Origin: an uncultured Acidobacteriota bacterium | GTDB taxonomy: Bacteria > Acidobacteriota > Terriglobia > UBA7540 | Assembly (NCBI GenBank): GCA_963804995.1 | Contig: CAWDSK010000003.1 | Location: 256,001-320,000, forward strand | Direction of reading: 5' to 3' | DNA length: 64,000 nucleotides | Position numbers and translations under genes: made by a program | Part shown: positions 30,726 to 40,534 of the stretch, piece by piece | Position numbering within the stretch: position 1 is the first letter of the stretch | How the letters are laid out: every line of letters starts with the position of its first letter | Notes under the pieces: model-generated | Seen by the model: only the letters and a program-made list of their open reading frames with translations | Told to the model about the DNA's origin: nothing | Database searches by the model: none

Positions 30726-33063
30726 ATGGAAAAAATCACACGTCGAACCTTCATCGCCCAGACTGCCACGGTGGCAGTCGGCGCTTCCGCATTCGCGACG
30801 GACGTCAACGTGCGTCCACAGCCCCCCGCAGCCGCCGAGGACACATTGGCCAAGCGGCGCGCGACACTCGAGGAGCTTATCAGAGATCCTTCCGCCTCGC
30901 CCATCGGAGATCAACGGAAGGATGAACGCCTACGACAAGTCATGGGAAAACTGGCTGAAGCGCACGGGCGAGCTCCCGCCGGATTTCGACGCCCTGCCGT
31001 CGACCCCGTTCCTCGTTGACCCGCTCGAAGGCGTCCAGACTCCCGAACAATGGAAGCAAAAGCGCCGGCAGATTCGCGCCCAATATGAGCAGTGGGTTTT
31101 TGGCAAGCTGCCGCCGCAGCCTGACAACCTTCGCAGCGTGATCACGGGAACCGAGACCGACGGGAAGCTGACCATCCGGAACGTGCGCCTGGAGTTCGGT
31201 CCTGACCACCGGGGAACGCTGCGCGTGCAGGTGATTATCCCACCAGGGAAAGGGCCGTTTCCGGTCTTCCTCACCGACCACCCTCGCACCTACCCATGGG
31301 TGGCGCCCGCGGTACGTCGAGGTTACATCGGGTGCATTTACTATGCGACGGACCCCAATTATGGCCCAGCCGATGACTCAGATAAGTTCATCAACGTCTA
31401 TCCCGAGTATGACTTTTCCTGCCTGGCGCGCTGGGCGTGGGCGGGCATGCGCGCCGTCGACTACTTGCTCACGCTGCCAGAGGTCGATAAAGAGAAGATC
31501 GGCGTCACGGGCCATTCTCGTAATGGCAAACAGGCTCTGCTGGCAGCGGCATTCGACGACCGCATCGCCGCCGTCATCGCCTCCAGCGGCAACACCGGCG
31601 AGTGCGACCCCTGGCGCTACACCACTGACATGTTCGAGAATGAAAGCATCGAGCAGATCACCGGAGTCTTCCCCCATTGGTTTCACCCGCGCCTGCGATT
31701 TTTTGCCGGCCGCGAGCACAAACTTCCCGTGGATCAACATGCTCTGATGGCCCTGGTGGCCCCGCGCGGGCTCATGATGTACTCAGCTTACGCGGAGCAC
31801 GAGGGGAATCCCTTTGGTTTTGAACAGGCTTTCCCAGCGGTCCAGAAGGTTTATCGATTTCTTGGACACGAAGATAGGGTCTGGCTGAATTTGCGCGACG
31901 GCGAGCATCCCACCACGGCGGAAGACATGGAAATCTTTTGCGACTTCCTCGATACCGTCTTCGGCCGCCGGACTTACCCACGGCGCGAGATATGGGTCAA
32001 CGGTTATACCTTTGAGCGGTGGAAAAAGCTTTCGGGGGAGGCAATTGACCCCTCAAAGTTTCCTTCCACGGGCCATCGCGACCTCGCGGCGCATTGGAGC
32101 GAGGACACCAAGAAATCCATCCTTCAAAGGCTCAACTGGGCCCTGGGAGACGAGCCCGCCGGGGTTCGCTTCCCTGCCCGCACCACGCTCAAAACTGGCG
32201 AGGTCATGACCGATGGGGGATGGATTGCCATGCAGCTCGGCCGGCCCTTCAAGAACCCATCGATGGGCGCCGTAGGCTTGGCCTATGGAGACGATCTCAA
32301 GGCAGACTTCTATTTCCCCGTCGACGCGGACGGCACACCCCAGGGGAACAAATGGCCGGTGGTGATTTGGTTGCACCCTTACTCCTATACGAACGGCTAT
32401 TCGCGCGACACCCAACCGACCTTTGTCTCCCTGACCCAGCGCGGATTTGCGGTTCTCGCCTTCGACCAAATCGGCTTCGGCACTCGCGTACGCGATGCGC
32501 GCTATTTCTATCAACGCTATCCGAAATGGTCGTTGCTGGGAAAAATGGTTACTGACACACGCGCCGCGCTGGATGCCGTGGCGGCGCTGGAGGTGGTTGA
32601 TGCTTCGCGGATATACCTGGTGGGATATGCACTGGGCGCCAAAGTGGGATTGCTAACCGCTGCTTTGGATGACCGGGTCAAAGGTGTCGCAGCAGTCTGC
32701 GGCGTTGATCCCTTGCGGCTGAGCACGCGGGAGAAAGGAACCGAGGGTGTGAAACATTACTCTCACCTGCATGGACTCCTGCCTCGCCTCGGATTCTTTG
32801 TTGGGCAGGAGGGCCGCTTGCCTTTTGACTTTGACGAGATACTGGCGGCCAATGCGCCCCGGCCTACGCTGGTGGTCGCGCCTACCCTGGATCGCTATGC
32901 GCCACTGCACGATGTGCAATTAGAGGTTGAGGAGGCAAAAAAAGTCTACGCGCTTCTGGGGCACGAAGACGCGCTCCGGTTCCAGACGCCATTGGCGTTC
33001 AATTCTTTCACGCCGTCAATGGAGGAGGCCGTCTTCGAGTGGTTGCGTGACGTGCGCGGGTGA
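30726..33063 (+). CDS. Tat-exported double alpha/beta hydrolase (CE15-like N-terminal domain), with an apparent +1 frameshift near 30884
   Basis: TRRTF signal in ORF 30726; continuation ILPPRPSEINGRMNAYDK; GHSRNGK nucleophile motif; second domain has GYALG. Confidence 0.8.
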
Positions 33064-33311
33064 GCGCAGCACACGCGTTGGAGTGGCAAGAGGAAGTGGC
33101 GGCGTGTCGGCGGCTCGTTTGTACGGATTCTTGAGCGAACCATGAATCTACGAATCGGGTCCCTGCCACTCCGCTCAGTGCCCTGCATTTTGTGATGATC
33201 TGGGTCCGGGATAACATTTCCCTGATGGCATGCATCTAATTTTCGATGCATAACTCATTTAGGCATTGGGAACAAACTGGCAAGCGAACTCTTGGGAAAG
33301 GAGTCCGGCGC

Positions 33312-34064
33312 GTGCTCCCAGCGGCCGCGCTCATACTACTGGCCGTGTCATCAGCGTTCAGTCAGACTGCTGGAGCAGGTGAAACAAGTTCCCAGACGCC
33401 CGACGTGCGGAGCGCCACATCTCCGGCTTCAGTGGCGGACAAGACCCAGGACGATAAGAATCGGCTCAGCGTGAATCCGGTAACCGGACAAGTGACGGCC
33501 ATGGCTTCAGATTACACTCCCTTGACCGGAGACGAACGCTGGAAGCTCTACCTCAAGCAGAGCTTTTGGTCTGTCGGAGCTTACGTGGGCCCTTTGTTCG
33601 CCGCCTTGGCCCTGGACCAGTCGACTGGCAGCCCCAAGGAATGGGGCGGAGGATTCCCTGGTTACGGCCGCAGGGTGGCATCACGCGTGGCCTCTGGTGA
33701 CATCGTTCAAAACAGCTTTCAGTTTCCCGTGGCGGCATTGCTGCATGAGGATGTTCGTTACATCGCGAGTAACCAGCATGGATTCTGCCGCCGGGCGGGA
33801 CACGCCATCCTCTACAGCTTCCTCACCTACAACCCCCAGGGCCACGCGACCCTAAACCTCTCCAACATCGGCGGCTACTACTTTGCCGGCGCCGTCTCCA
33901 CGCTTTGGTTGCCCGGACGTCAAAATGTGGCGTCTTACACCTTAAGCAACGGAAGTGAGGCGCTGGCGCTCAGCGTGCCCGTCAACTTGTTGCAGGAATT
34001 CTGGCCGGAGATCAGCCGCAAAGTGTTGCACCGGAAGACAGCAGCAGGCAGGATTCATCAGTAG
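33312..34064 (+). CDS. Hypothetical exported/membrane protein
   Basis: GTG start after AAGGAG; signal peptide; PKEWGGG.PGYGRR, LLHEDVRY and NLLQEFWPEI. Confidence 0.75.
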   Translation: MLPAAALILLAVSSAFSQTAGAGETSSQTPDVRSATSPASVADKTQDDKNRLSVNPVTGQVTAMASDYTPLTGDERWKLYLKQSFWSVGAYVGPLFAALALDQSTGSPKEWGGGFPGYGRRVASRVASGDIVQNSFQFPVAALLHEDVRYIASNQHGFCRRAGHAILYSFLTYNPQGHATLNLSNIGGYYFAGAVSTLWLPGRQNVASYTLSNGSEALALSVPVNLLQEFWPEISRKVLHRKTAAGRIHQ

Positions 34065-34123
34065 GCAGCAAGCGCCGCCGATGAAGGCGTGGTCCGCGCT
34101 ACTTCCCTTATGAAACAACCACC

Positions 34124-35353
34124 TTAGTGCGGCAGCGGCAGGCCGCGCACCGCCCGGAAGGTGTCACGTGCAATCAGGAGCTCTTCGTTGGTGGGGATCA
34201 CCATCACTCGCACGCGGCTAGCGTCCGTTGAGATCTCCCCTTCCTTGCCGGCTATGGTCTCGTTCCGGTTCGCGTCGATCTCGATTCCCAACTCGCGGAG
34301 CCCTGCGCAAGCCAGGGCACGCACGTGGGGCGAATTCTCTCCAATTCCGCCGGTGAAGACCAGGCCATCCACGTGTCCCAGCGTCGCGCTGTAAGCGCCA
34401 ATATACTTCTTGATGCGGTAGCAGAAGACTTCAATCGCCAGCTTCGCCTGTTCGTCACCCTTCGCGGCGGCCGTCATCAGCTCGCGCATGTCGTTCGACT
34501 CCCCTGAGATCCCGTAGAGCCCGCAGAACTTATTAAGCAATGTAGACATATCATGGAGAGTCAATTCGTCTTTTGACATGATGTAGAACAGTGCGGCCGG
34601 GTCGATGTCTCCGCAGCGCGTTCCCATCACCAGGCCCTCCTGGGGGGTGAAACCCATCGAGGTGTCCACCGAGTGGCCTTTGTCAATGGCCGTTATGGAG
34701 CAGCCGTTCCCCAGATGCGCGGTGATCAGGTTCGCCTCGTCGCGCTCCTTGCCGAATATCTGCCGGTAGCGGAACGCCACGTAACGGTGGGATGTGCCGT
34801 GGAACCCGTAACGCCGGATGTGGTACCGCCGGTAATAGGAATAAGGCAATCCATACAGATAGGCGTGCGCCGGGATCGACTGGTGGAATGCCGTATCGAA
34901 CACCGCCACTTGCGGTACCTGCGGCATGACCTTGCGCGCCACGTAATACCCGCGCAGGTTATGCGGATTGTGCAGCGGTGCGAGCTCCACGCAATTTTGG
35001 ATTTCCTGCTCCACGGCCTCGTCAATGACCACGGATGCGGCGAAGCGTTCGCCTCCGTGCACGATGCGATGCCCCACCGCCTGAATCTGCGAGATATCCG
35101 CCACGGCACGGCATTCCTTCAGAACCGCAATCGCCCGGGTCAGAGCCGTCTGGTGGTCAAGAATTTCCTCGGTCGAGGATCTGGCCGGATTGGGCGGCAC
35201 CGTTACCTTCAACGTCGCCTCGTCGGTCCCAATTCGGTCCACACTTCCCTTGGCAATTGACCGGTCCGTGTTGGAATCAATCATCTCGCTATCGGTCTCA
35301 ATCAGTTGGAACTTGATGGAAGAGCTGCCGCAATTCAAAACTAGAATCTTCAT
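34124..35353 (-). CDS. ackA: Acetate kinase
   Basis: ILVLNCGSSSIK, GHRIVHGG, APLHN, YGFHGTSH, FTGGIGEN and PTNEEL. Confidence 0.97.
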   Translation of the reverse strand: MKILVLNCGSSSIKFQLIETDSEMIDSNTDRSIAKGSVDRIGTDEATLKVTVPPNPARSSTEEILDHQTALTRAIAVLKECRAVADISQIQAVGHRIVHGGERFAASVVIDEAVEQEIQNCVELAPLHNPHNLRGYYVARKVMPQVPQVAVFDTAFHQSIPAHAYLYGLPYSYYRRYHIRRYGFHGTSHRYVAFRYRQIFGKERDEANLITAHLGNGCSITAIDKGHSVDTSMGFTPQEGLVMGTRCGDIDPAALFYIMSKDELTLHDMSTLLNKFCGLYGISGESNDMRELMTAAAKGDEQAKLAIEVFCYRIKKYIGAYSATLGHVDGLVFTGGIGENSPHVRALACAGLRELGIEIDANRNETIAGKEGEISTDASRVRVMVIPTNEELLIARDTFRAVRGLPLPH

Positions 35354-35613
35354 CGGTCACCCCAGAACCTGTCGCTTTCTGAAAAATACTCACAAGGACA
35401 ACTCGTCAGAGTCCCTCAGTCAAAATACTCACTCAATGTGACAGCGCAATATAACACTCTCGACTGATGTGAACAAATCAAGGGCCAAACTTGGCGTCGA
35501 ATTGTCCGTTCGAAATGTGACACGCGGTCAGTTCAGGTCAGATCACACTCATGTAACGGGCCAATCTAAATTGCCTCGCGACCGGGTGTCCGATATCATA
35601 TGGGAATACTAAT

Positions 35614-36546
35614 ATGTTGAAGGGCAACAACTCCGCGCTCGTGCACGTTGAGAATCTGCGCAAGTCGTATGGTTCGCTCCAGGCTCTCGGCGGAATCACC
35701 TTCGAGATCAAGCAAGGTGAAGTCTTTGGACTGCTCGGCCCCAACGGCGCGGGCAAGACGACCACCATCGAAATTCTGGAAGGCCTGCGTCAGCCCGATA
35801 GCGGTACGGTCACCGTGTGCGGGATGGACCCCACGCGTGAGAAGGCGGCGCTTAAGGAGCGGATTGGCGCGCAACTCCAGGCCACGGTTCTTCCCGATAA
35901 GATTCGGGTCGAAGAGGCCCTGCTACTGTTCGCGAGCTTCTATCGCGCCTCGGCCTCGATTGAAATGCTGCTGGACCGTTTTGGCCTCACGGAGAAGCGC
36001 CGCGCCTTTTATGAAAAGCTCTCGGGGGGGCAAAAGCAGCGCCTGGCGCTCGCGCTCGCCCTGGTCAACAATCCCGAGCTGGTATTGCTGGATGAGCCCA
36101 CCGTGGGCCTTGACGCCCAACTGCGCCGCGACATCTACGCGCTCATCGAGCAGTTCCGCTCCGAGGGCCGCACCACCTTGCTGACCACTCACTACATCGA
36201 GGAAGCGGAGCGCCTCTCGGACCGCGTGGCCATTCTCGACCGCGGCCGGATGATTGCCGTGGGTACACCCCGCGAACTGGTTGAGAAATCGGGCAAAGGC
36301 ACGCGCCTGGAAGTGCGCCTGGCCAAACCCGTTTCAACCGACCGCTTGAAACAGCTCGACGCAGTCGTGGATTGCCGCGAAGCCGAGGGCGTGTATTTCC
36401 TGCACGCTCAGCCGCCCGCGCAGGCCGTGGCGGCGCTCGTGCGCTTCCTGGAAACGGAAGGCAATGCCCTGCTCAACCTCCACATCTCGCCGCCCACGCT
36501 TGAAGATGTGTTCGTCGAAATGACCGGGCGGCGGATGGAAGACTAA
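35614..36546 (+). CDS. ABC transporter ATP-binding protein
   Basis: GPNGAGKTT, LSGGQ and LLDEPT. Confidence 0.95.
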   Translation: MLKGNNSALVHVENLRKSYGSLQALGGITFEIKQGEVFGLLGPNGAGKTTTIEILEGLRQPDSGTVTVCGMDPTREKAALKERIGAQLQATVLPDKIRVEEALLLFASFYRASASIEMLLDRFGLTEKRRAFYEKLSGGQKQRLALALALVNNPELVLLDEPTVGLDAQLRRDIYALIEQFRSEGRTTLLTTHYIEEAERLSDRVAILDRGRMIAVGTPRELVEKSGKGTRLEVRLAKPVSTDRLKQLDAVVDCREAEGVYFLHAQPPAQAVAALVRFLETEGNALLNLHISPPTLEDVFVEMTGRRMED

Positions 36547-36548
36547 CT

Positions 36549-36626
36549 GAAGAAGTGAGAAGTCAGGAGCCAGGAGTCAGAATAAGACCAGCGGGCTGCT
36601 TGCTTCTGACTTCTGACCTCTGACTA
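36549..36626. repeat. Inverted heptamer tandem repeats
   Basis: AGAAGTG AGAAGTC AGGAGCC AGGAGTC followed by the complementary TGCTTCT GACTTCT GACCTCT. Confidence 0.7.
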
Positions 36627-36631
36627 CTGTT

Positions 36632-38035
36632 ATGATGCCTGCGGTTCGAATTGCGCTAATGTCGATCAAGTTGGTGATGCGCACCAAGGCCGCGCTCTTT
36701 TTTACTTTCCTCTTTCCCATTGTTTTTCTTTTTGTGTATTCGGGCATCTTCGCGCGCGGTAATCCCGAGACCGTCCTGTATTTTTTTGGCCCGGTGATCA
36801 CCCTCAATATCATGGGGAGCAGCTTTTGGGGATTGGGCATGCAATCAGTTGTGCAGCGCGAGCGTGGCAGCCTGCGCCGCTATCGAATGGCGCCCATCGG
36901 CCCCGGCACCATGGTGTTCAGTAGCCTGCTGGCAAATTATCTGCTGCAACTCCCGACCCTCGCGATACTGGTTTTCTGTGCGACGGTTTTCTTCCACATG
37001 CCGATGAAAATTGGACTGCTCACTCTCCTCGCCCTGGTTACCGTGGGCACTTTCGCCTTTGCGGGTTTCGGCCTGACGATTGCCAGCGTGGCCAACACCA
37101 TGCAGGAAGCGCAAATCTTCAATAATGTCGCGTGGATCACTCTGGTGTTTCTATCCGGAGTGACTTTCCCGCTGCCGCTCCTTCCCCGCTTGGTTCAGCG
37201 TCTCGCCGCCTTCCTGCCCGCCACCTACCTGGTCACGGCGTTTCAAGCCATCATGGTGCGGGGCGATTCGCTCCTCGACCACTGGCTCGAAGTGCTGCTC
37301 CTGCTTATTTCCGGGACCTTCGGCCTGCTCTTTGCCTGGAAGCTTTTCCGCTGGGAGAAAGATGAGAAGATCTCGCGCCGCGCCAAATCCTTCGCCTTGC
37401 TCTTCGTCCTGCCATTTCTCGCCATGGGAATTTGGATGAACACGCGCGGAAATCTGGCCACCAACTGGGAAGAGACTTTCACGCTAATGAGTCACGCCAC
37501 GCTGATCGCGGAACAACCCGCCGCCGCCGCCGAAAGCGAGTTACTCGACGACTTCAAGAATCCCCAGGAGGCTGAAATCCTGCTGGCGCGCTGGCAGATT
37601 TCTACCGACCCCGGTGCGGCCGGCCACTCCCTCGGAGAATTCCAGGTGATTTCACCGGGCGCCGCGGGCACCGAGCATGCCCTGCGCTTCACTGGCCGGG
37701 TTGCTCCCGCCCCGGGCACGGACCACGGGTTTGTTACAGGGCGATATACGTTCTCGATTGCTCCTCGCGCCAAGGGCGTCCGCGGCATCCAATTCGAAGT
37801 GCGCGGCGACAACCGGATTTTCCAGGTCAGTGTCGGGCCCTCTACCCCGACCTCCTCTCGCCCCACGCTCAGCTTTGTCCCCGACTCCGACTGGCAGGCT
37901 GTGCGCCTGCCTGCTGCCTGGCTTGCTAATCCCGAAGTGGCCTCACCCGCCGGCACAACCTGGGCATTCGAGATTACCGTCGATGGGCCCCCCGGCGACT
38001 TCAAGCTCGATCTTGATGAGATATCCCTTTACTAG
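36632..38035 (+). CDS. ABC-2 type permease with C-terminal CIA30/CBM-like domain
   Basis: RERGSLRRY, FLSGVTFP and FRWE, then a soluble beta-rich domain LLDDF...GIQFEVRGD...LDLDEI. Confidence 0.8.
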   Translation: MMPAVRIALMSIKLVMRTKAALFFTFLFPIVFLFVYSGIFARGNPETVLYFFGPVITLNIMGSSFWGLGMQSVVQRERGSLRRYRMAPIGPGTMVFSSLLANYLLQLPTLAILVFCATVFFHMPMKIGLLTLLALVTVGTFAFAGFGLTIASVANTMQEAQIFNNVAWITLVFLSGVTFPLPLLPRLVQRLAAFLPATYLVTAFQAIMVRGDSLLDHWLEVLLLLISGTFGLLFAWKLFRWEKDEKISRRAKSFALLFVLPFLAMGIWMNTRGNLATNWEETFTLMSHATLIAEQPAAAAESELLDDFKNPQEAEILLARWQISTDPGAAGHSLGEFQVISPGAAGTEHALRFTGRVAPAPGTDHGFVTGRYTFSIAPRAKGVRGIQFEVRGDNRIFQVSVGPSTPTSSRPTLSFVPDSDWQAVRLPAAWLANPEVASPAGTTWAFEITVDGPPGDFKLDLDEISLY

Positions 38036-38041
38036 CGCGTT

Positions 38042-38151
38042 GGTAGTGTCTCAGTTTGCTGTAGAGGCGGTGGCATTCATCCCGATCCGATCGGGACGCC
38101 GCCATATGGCGAGGTAAACTCGCCGCTACATCATCAAACTGGGACACTACC
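38042..38151. mobile_element. 110-bp MITE with GGTAGTG-type ends and REP cargo
   Basis: GGTAGTGTCTCAGTTTG...CAAACTGGGACACTACC; 8-bp flanks AGCGCGTT / ATCGCGTT (one mismatch). Confidence 0.7.
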
Positions 38152-38367
38152 ATCGCGTTGTCCCCGTTGAAGGGACTTTCCAGCAACGTCGCTTCTGCCG
38201 CATGTCCCACCGGACAATTTGTGTGGGCTTTTTCATTTTTGGGCTACCGGTAGCCCAAATGTGTATTTACCCACTTGACAATCCATACTGGGTTTATGAC
38301 ACAATAACACCTAGACAACGTACGCTGCCCTTACGCAGCGTTTTCTTCGCACCCTGGGGAGGTTCGA

Positions 38368-38769
38368 ATGTCTTTAGCTAAACAGCACAAGTTGAGTCGA
38401 GCAAAACTGACTGCAAAACGGTCGAGCAGGCGGCGGCCACGGCGTGAAGTCACACCTTCCGGCAACGCCCCACCGATCAATTTGGAAATACCTCGCGATC
38501 TGAACATGGCCCCAACGGTCAATTTGAAAGGGACACACGATCGGGGCAAGGCGCGGGCTGCGGCAAAACTACGGCCCGTGCTCTACTCACATTCGGTGGA
38601 GGTGACTCTGGCTTCCCCGGGACATGACCCTGCGGACTTCCAACGCCGCCTCGAAGCGCTGATCGACATTTGTCAGCCCGAAAACGCCATGGAGATGGGA
38701 TTGGTGCTGCGTTTAACCCAGCAGATCACCGATTTATTGACAAGCATCAAGCAGGCAGCGCGAAACTAG
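38368..38769 (+). CDS. Hypothetical protein
   Basis: GGAGG RBS; TTGACA at 38275; GKAR...PGHDPADFQRRLEALIDICQPENAMEMGLVLRL. Confidence 0.6.
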   Translation: MSLAKQHKLSRAKLTAKRSSRRRPRREVTPSGNAPPINLEIPRDLNMAPTVNLKGTHDRGKARAAAKLRPVLYSHSVEVTLASPGHDPADFQRRLEALIDICQPENAMEMGLVLRLTQQITDLLTSIKQAARN

Positions 38770-39150
38770 AAAAATATCAAGAATGAAGAGTGGTCCCAAT
38801 AACTTTTTGAAAAGGTTGGAGATAGGCGGGATACCTGAGAAGGTCACACCATTCCAGAACTTGCCAGGAAGCCCCCAGACTCTCCATAAGTCGGGACGCG
38901 TACCGCAACCGCTTCTGGAGACAAGCAGCGGGGACCAAAGATTAGGGTGTGTGCGGATGAGGGGCATACTGTTGCGTCACCCCACGCTCCGCACATCGAC
39001 CCCATCACTTCACCTTTTGGGGCCGACAACGCGCCGGGCCAGCCGAACCTTAAGGACACACCTACCCTCTTTCCACGACGCGTTAGCTTCCAAGGTCTCG
39101 GGAAAGGTAGGGACTACAGGGGACAGGACCGTGTTGGCGGGATCCCGGGA

Positions 39151-39267
39151 CTACCCAATGTCCAGCTTTGTATACTTGCTACCTGACAATTTGCTCCCAC
39201 TGCTCTTAAGAACCGCGAAGAGTGCTCCACCGACAACCAGACCACCAAACACTACGATGATAACCAT
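39151..39267 (-). CDS. Putative 38-aa single-TM small protein
   Basis: MVIIVVFGGLVVGGALFAVLKSSGSKLSGSKYTKLDIG; GGAGGT 13 nt upstream. Confidence 0.4.
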   Translation of the reverse strand: MVIIVVFGGLVVGGALFAVLKSSGSKLSGSKYTKLDIG

Positions 39268-39537
39268 GGGGACAACTTACACCTCCAAATAGATTTCAAC
39301 CAGAACCTTAGACACCGAACAGATGACAAAGGTTCCAATTCCTCGTTTGTTTCAGAGTGCAAGTCAGGGACCATTCACGAGGTGTGGATTTGATGAGCGA
39401 AGACCGGTTCACGAACCTAGAATCGAGCCACGTCTTCACGTGTCGCACCAAGTATCGGGTTTATCCAAGGCAGCTTAAGATCAAGAAAACAAAGGAAGGC
39501 GCCAATGAAAATCGTTCCGGCCATTTATCCCAGGCGG

Positions 39538-39705
39538 TTATGGGGTGCCCAAGTCGCCATGGATCATGGGTTCAACCCAGGACTGAAAGTCCTGCGGGTA
39601 TTCGACCGGCAAAGCGCTGGCGGCGTCAAGCTTTTGCCACTCGTCGGGCGGAAACTCCCACCCCGCCGCGCCCAGATTCTCCTCAAACTGTCCGAGGTTC
39701 GGTGT
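39538..39705 (-). pseudogene. C-terminal remnant of an aldo/keto reductase
   Basis: NLGQFEENLGAAGWEFPPDEWQKLDAASALPVEYP; rest of gene absent. Confidence 0.65.
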
Positions 39706-39878
39706 CGATGAAATTACCGCCTCGCTCGAGATAGGCGTTAAGCATCTCAAGACGAGGCATTCTCATCGCATCCGGGAACGCGTCGTCCCCCGGGCAGACT
39801 TCCAAAGGTCATCGTGCCCAGACAGATTTCTGAAACCTTCAGCCCGGTACGCCCCAGCAGCCGTATGCGCATGGTAAC

Positions 39879-40406
39879 TTATTTCGCCTTAAAGTCGGCC
39901 GTGGCTTTCAGTGTGCCCCATTCGATAGTGATCGCTCCACCCTTGCCGGCTTTCGCCAGAGTGATCGTGACCATTTCAGCGGGTGCTGCAGGCTTCGATT
40001 CTTTCAAAGGCACAGACGCGAAACACTGCGCAGGATCGGGGGTGGGCTCTCCCCATTGGCCGTGCTGCTTGTCGAAAAGCAGTTTCCAGGAATTATCTTC
40101 CTGCCGCTGCATCCAGATGCTGTATTCCCCGGCGGGGATCGTAACGTCACCAAAAGCCAGATCGATGCCGGTCTTAAAGGTCGTGGAGGTATCGGCACCC
40201 AGCCGCCAAACACCTCCTGCCTTCAACTTGCCGAGCAACTCGTCCGTGGTACGTCCCTTCAGCGAGGGCCGCCCGTACTCAACCGAAACCGTTTTGCCAT
40301 TGAGTGCTATCTGCGATGTGCCGCGAGGATTCTTCTGCGCGAAAGCCGGACCGGCAAGTGCGACCAGCACCAGCATCATCAACATCCCAATCGTAGCTCT
40401 TCTCAT
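39879..40406 (-). CDS. DUF2911-family exported protein
   Basis: VEYGRPSLKGR, WRLGAD, IPAGEYSIW and IEWG; AGGAGG RBS. Confidence 0.85.
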   Translation of the reverse strand: MRRATIGMLMMLVLVALAGPAFAQKNPRGTSQIALNGKTVSVEYGRPSLKGRTTDELLGKLKAGGVWRLGADTSTTFKTGIDLAFGDVTIPAGEYSIWMQRQEDNSWKLLFDKQHGQWGEPTPDPAQCFASVPLKESKPAAPAEMVTITLAKAGKGGAITIEWGTLKATADFKAK

Positions 40407-40534
40407 TTCATCCTCCTTCTTAAGACTAAGGCTTGTAGTCTTACCTGAACTTCCCTGCCTCGACGCGAACCATTCCGGGGATCAGGCACGGCATATCTTC
40501 CAGTGCCCCCTTGGGTCCATAGGCCTGGCCGCGT

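Noticed and set aside
35380..35545. CRP/Rex-like sites between ackA and the ABC operon
   Set aside because: Several TGTGA half-sites but none with a correctly spaced TCACA partner.
39393..39480. IS200 TnpA-like fragment (HVFTCRTKYR)
   Set aside because: Resemblance limited to a few residues; no HUH or catalytic Tyr motif follows.
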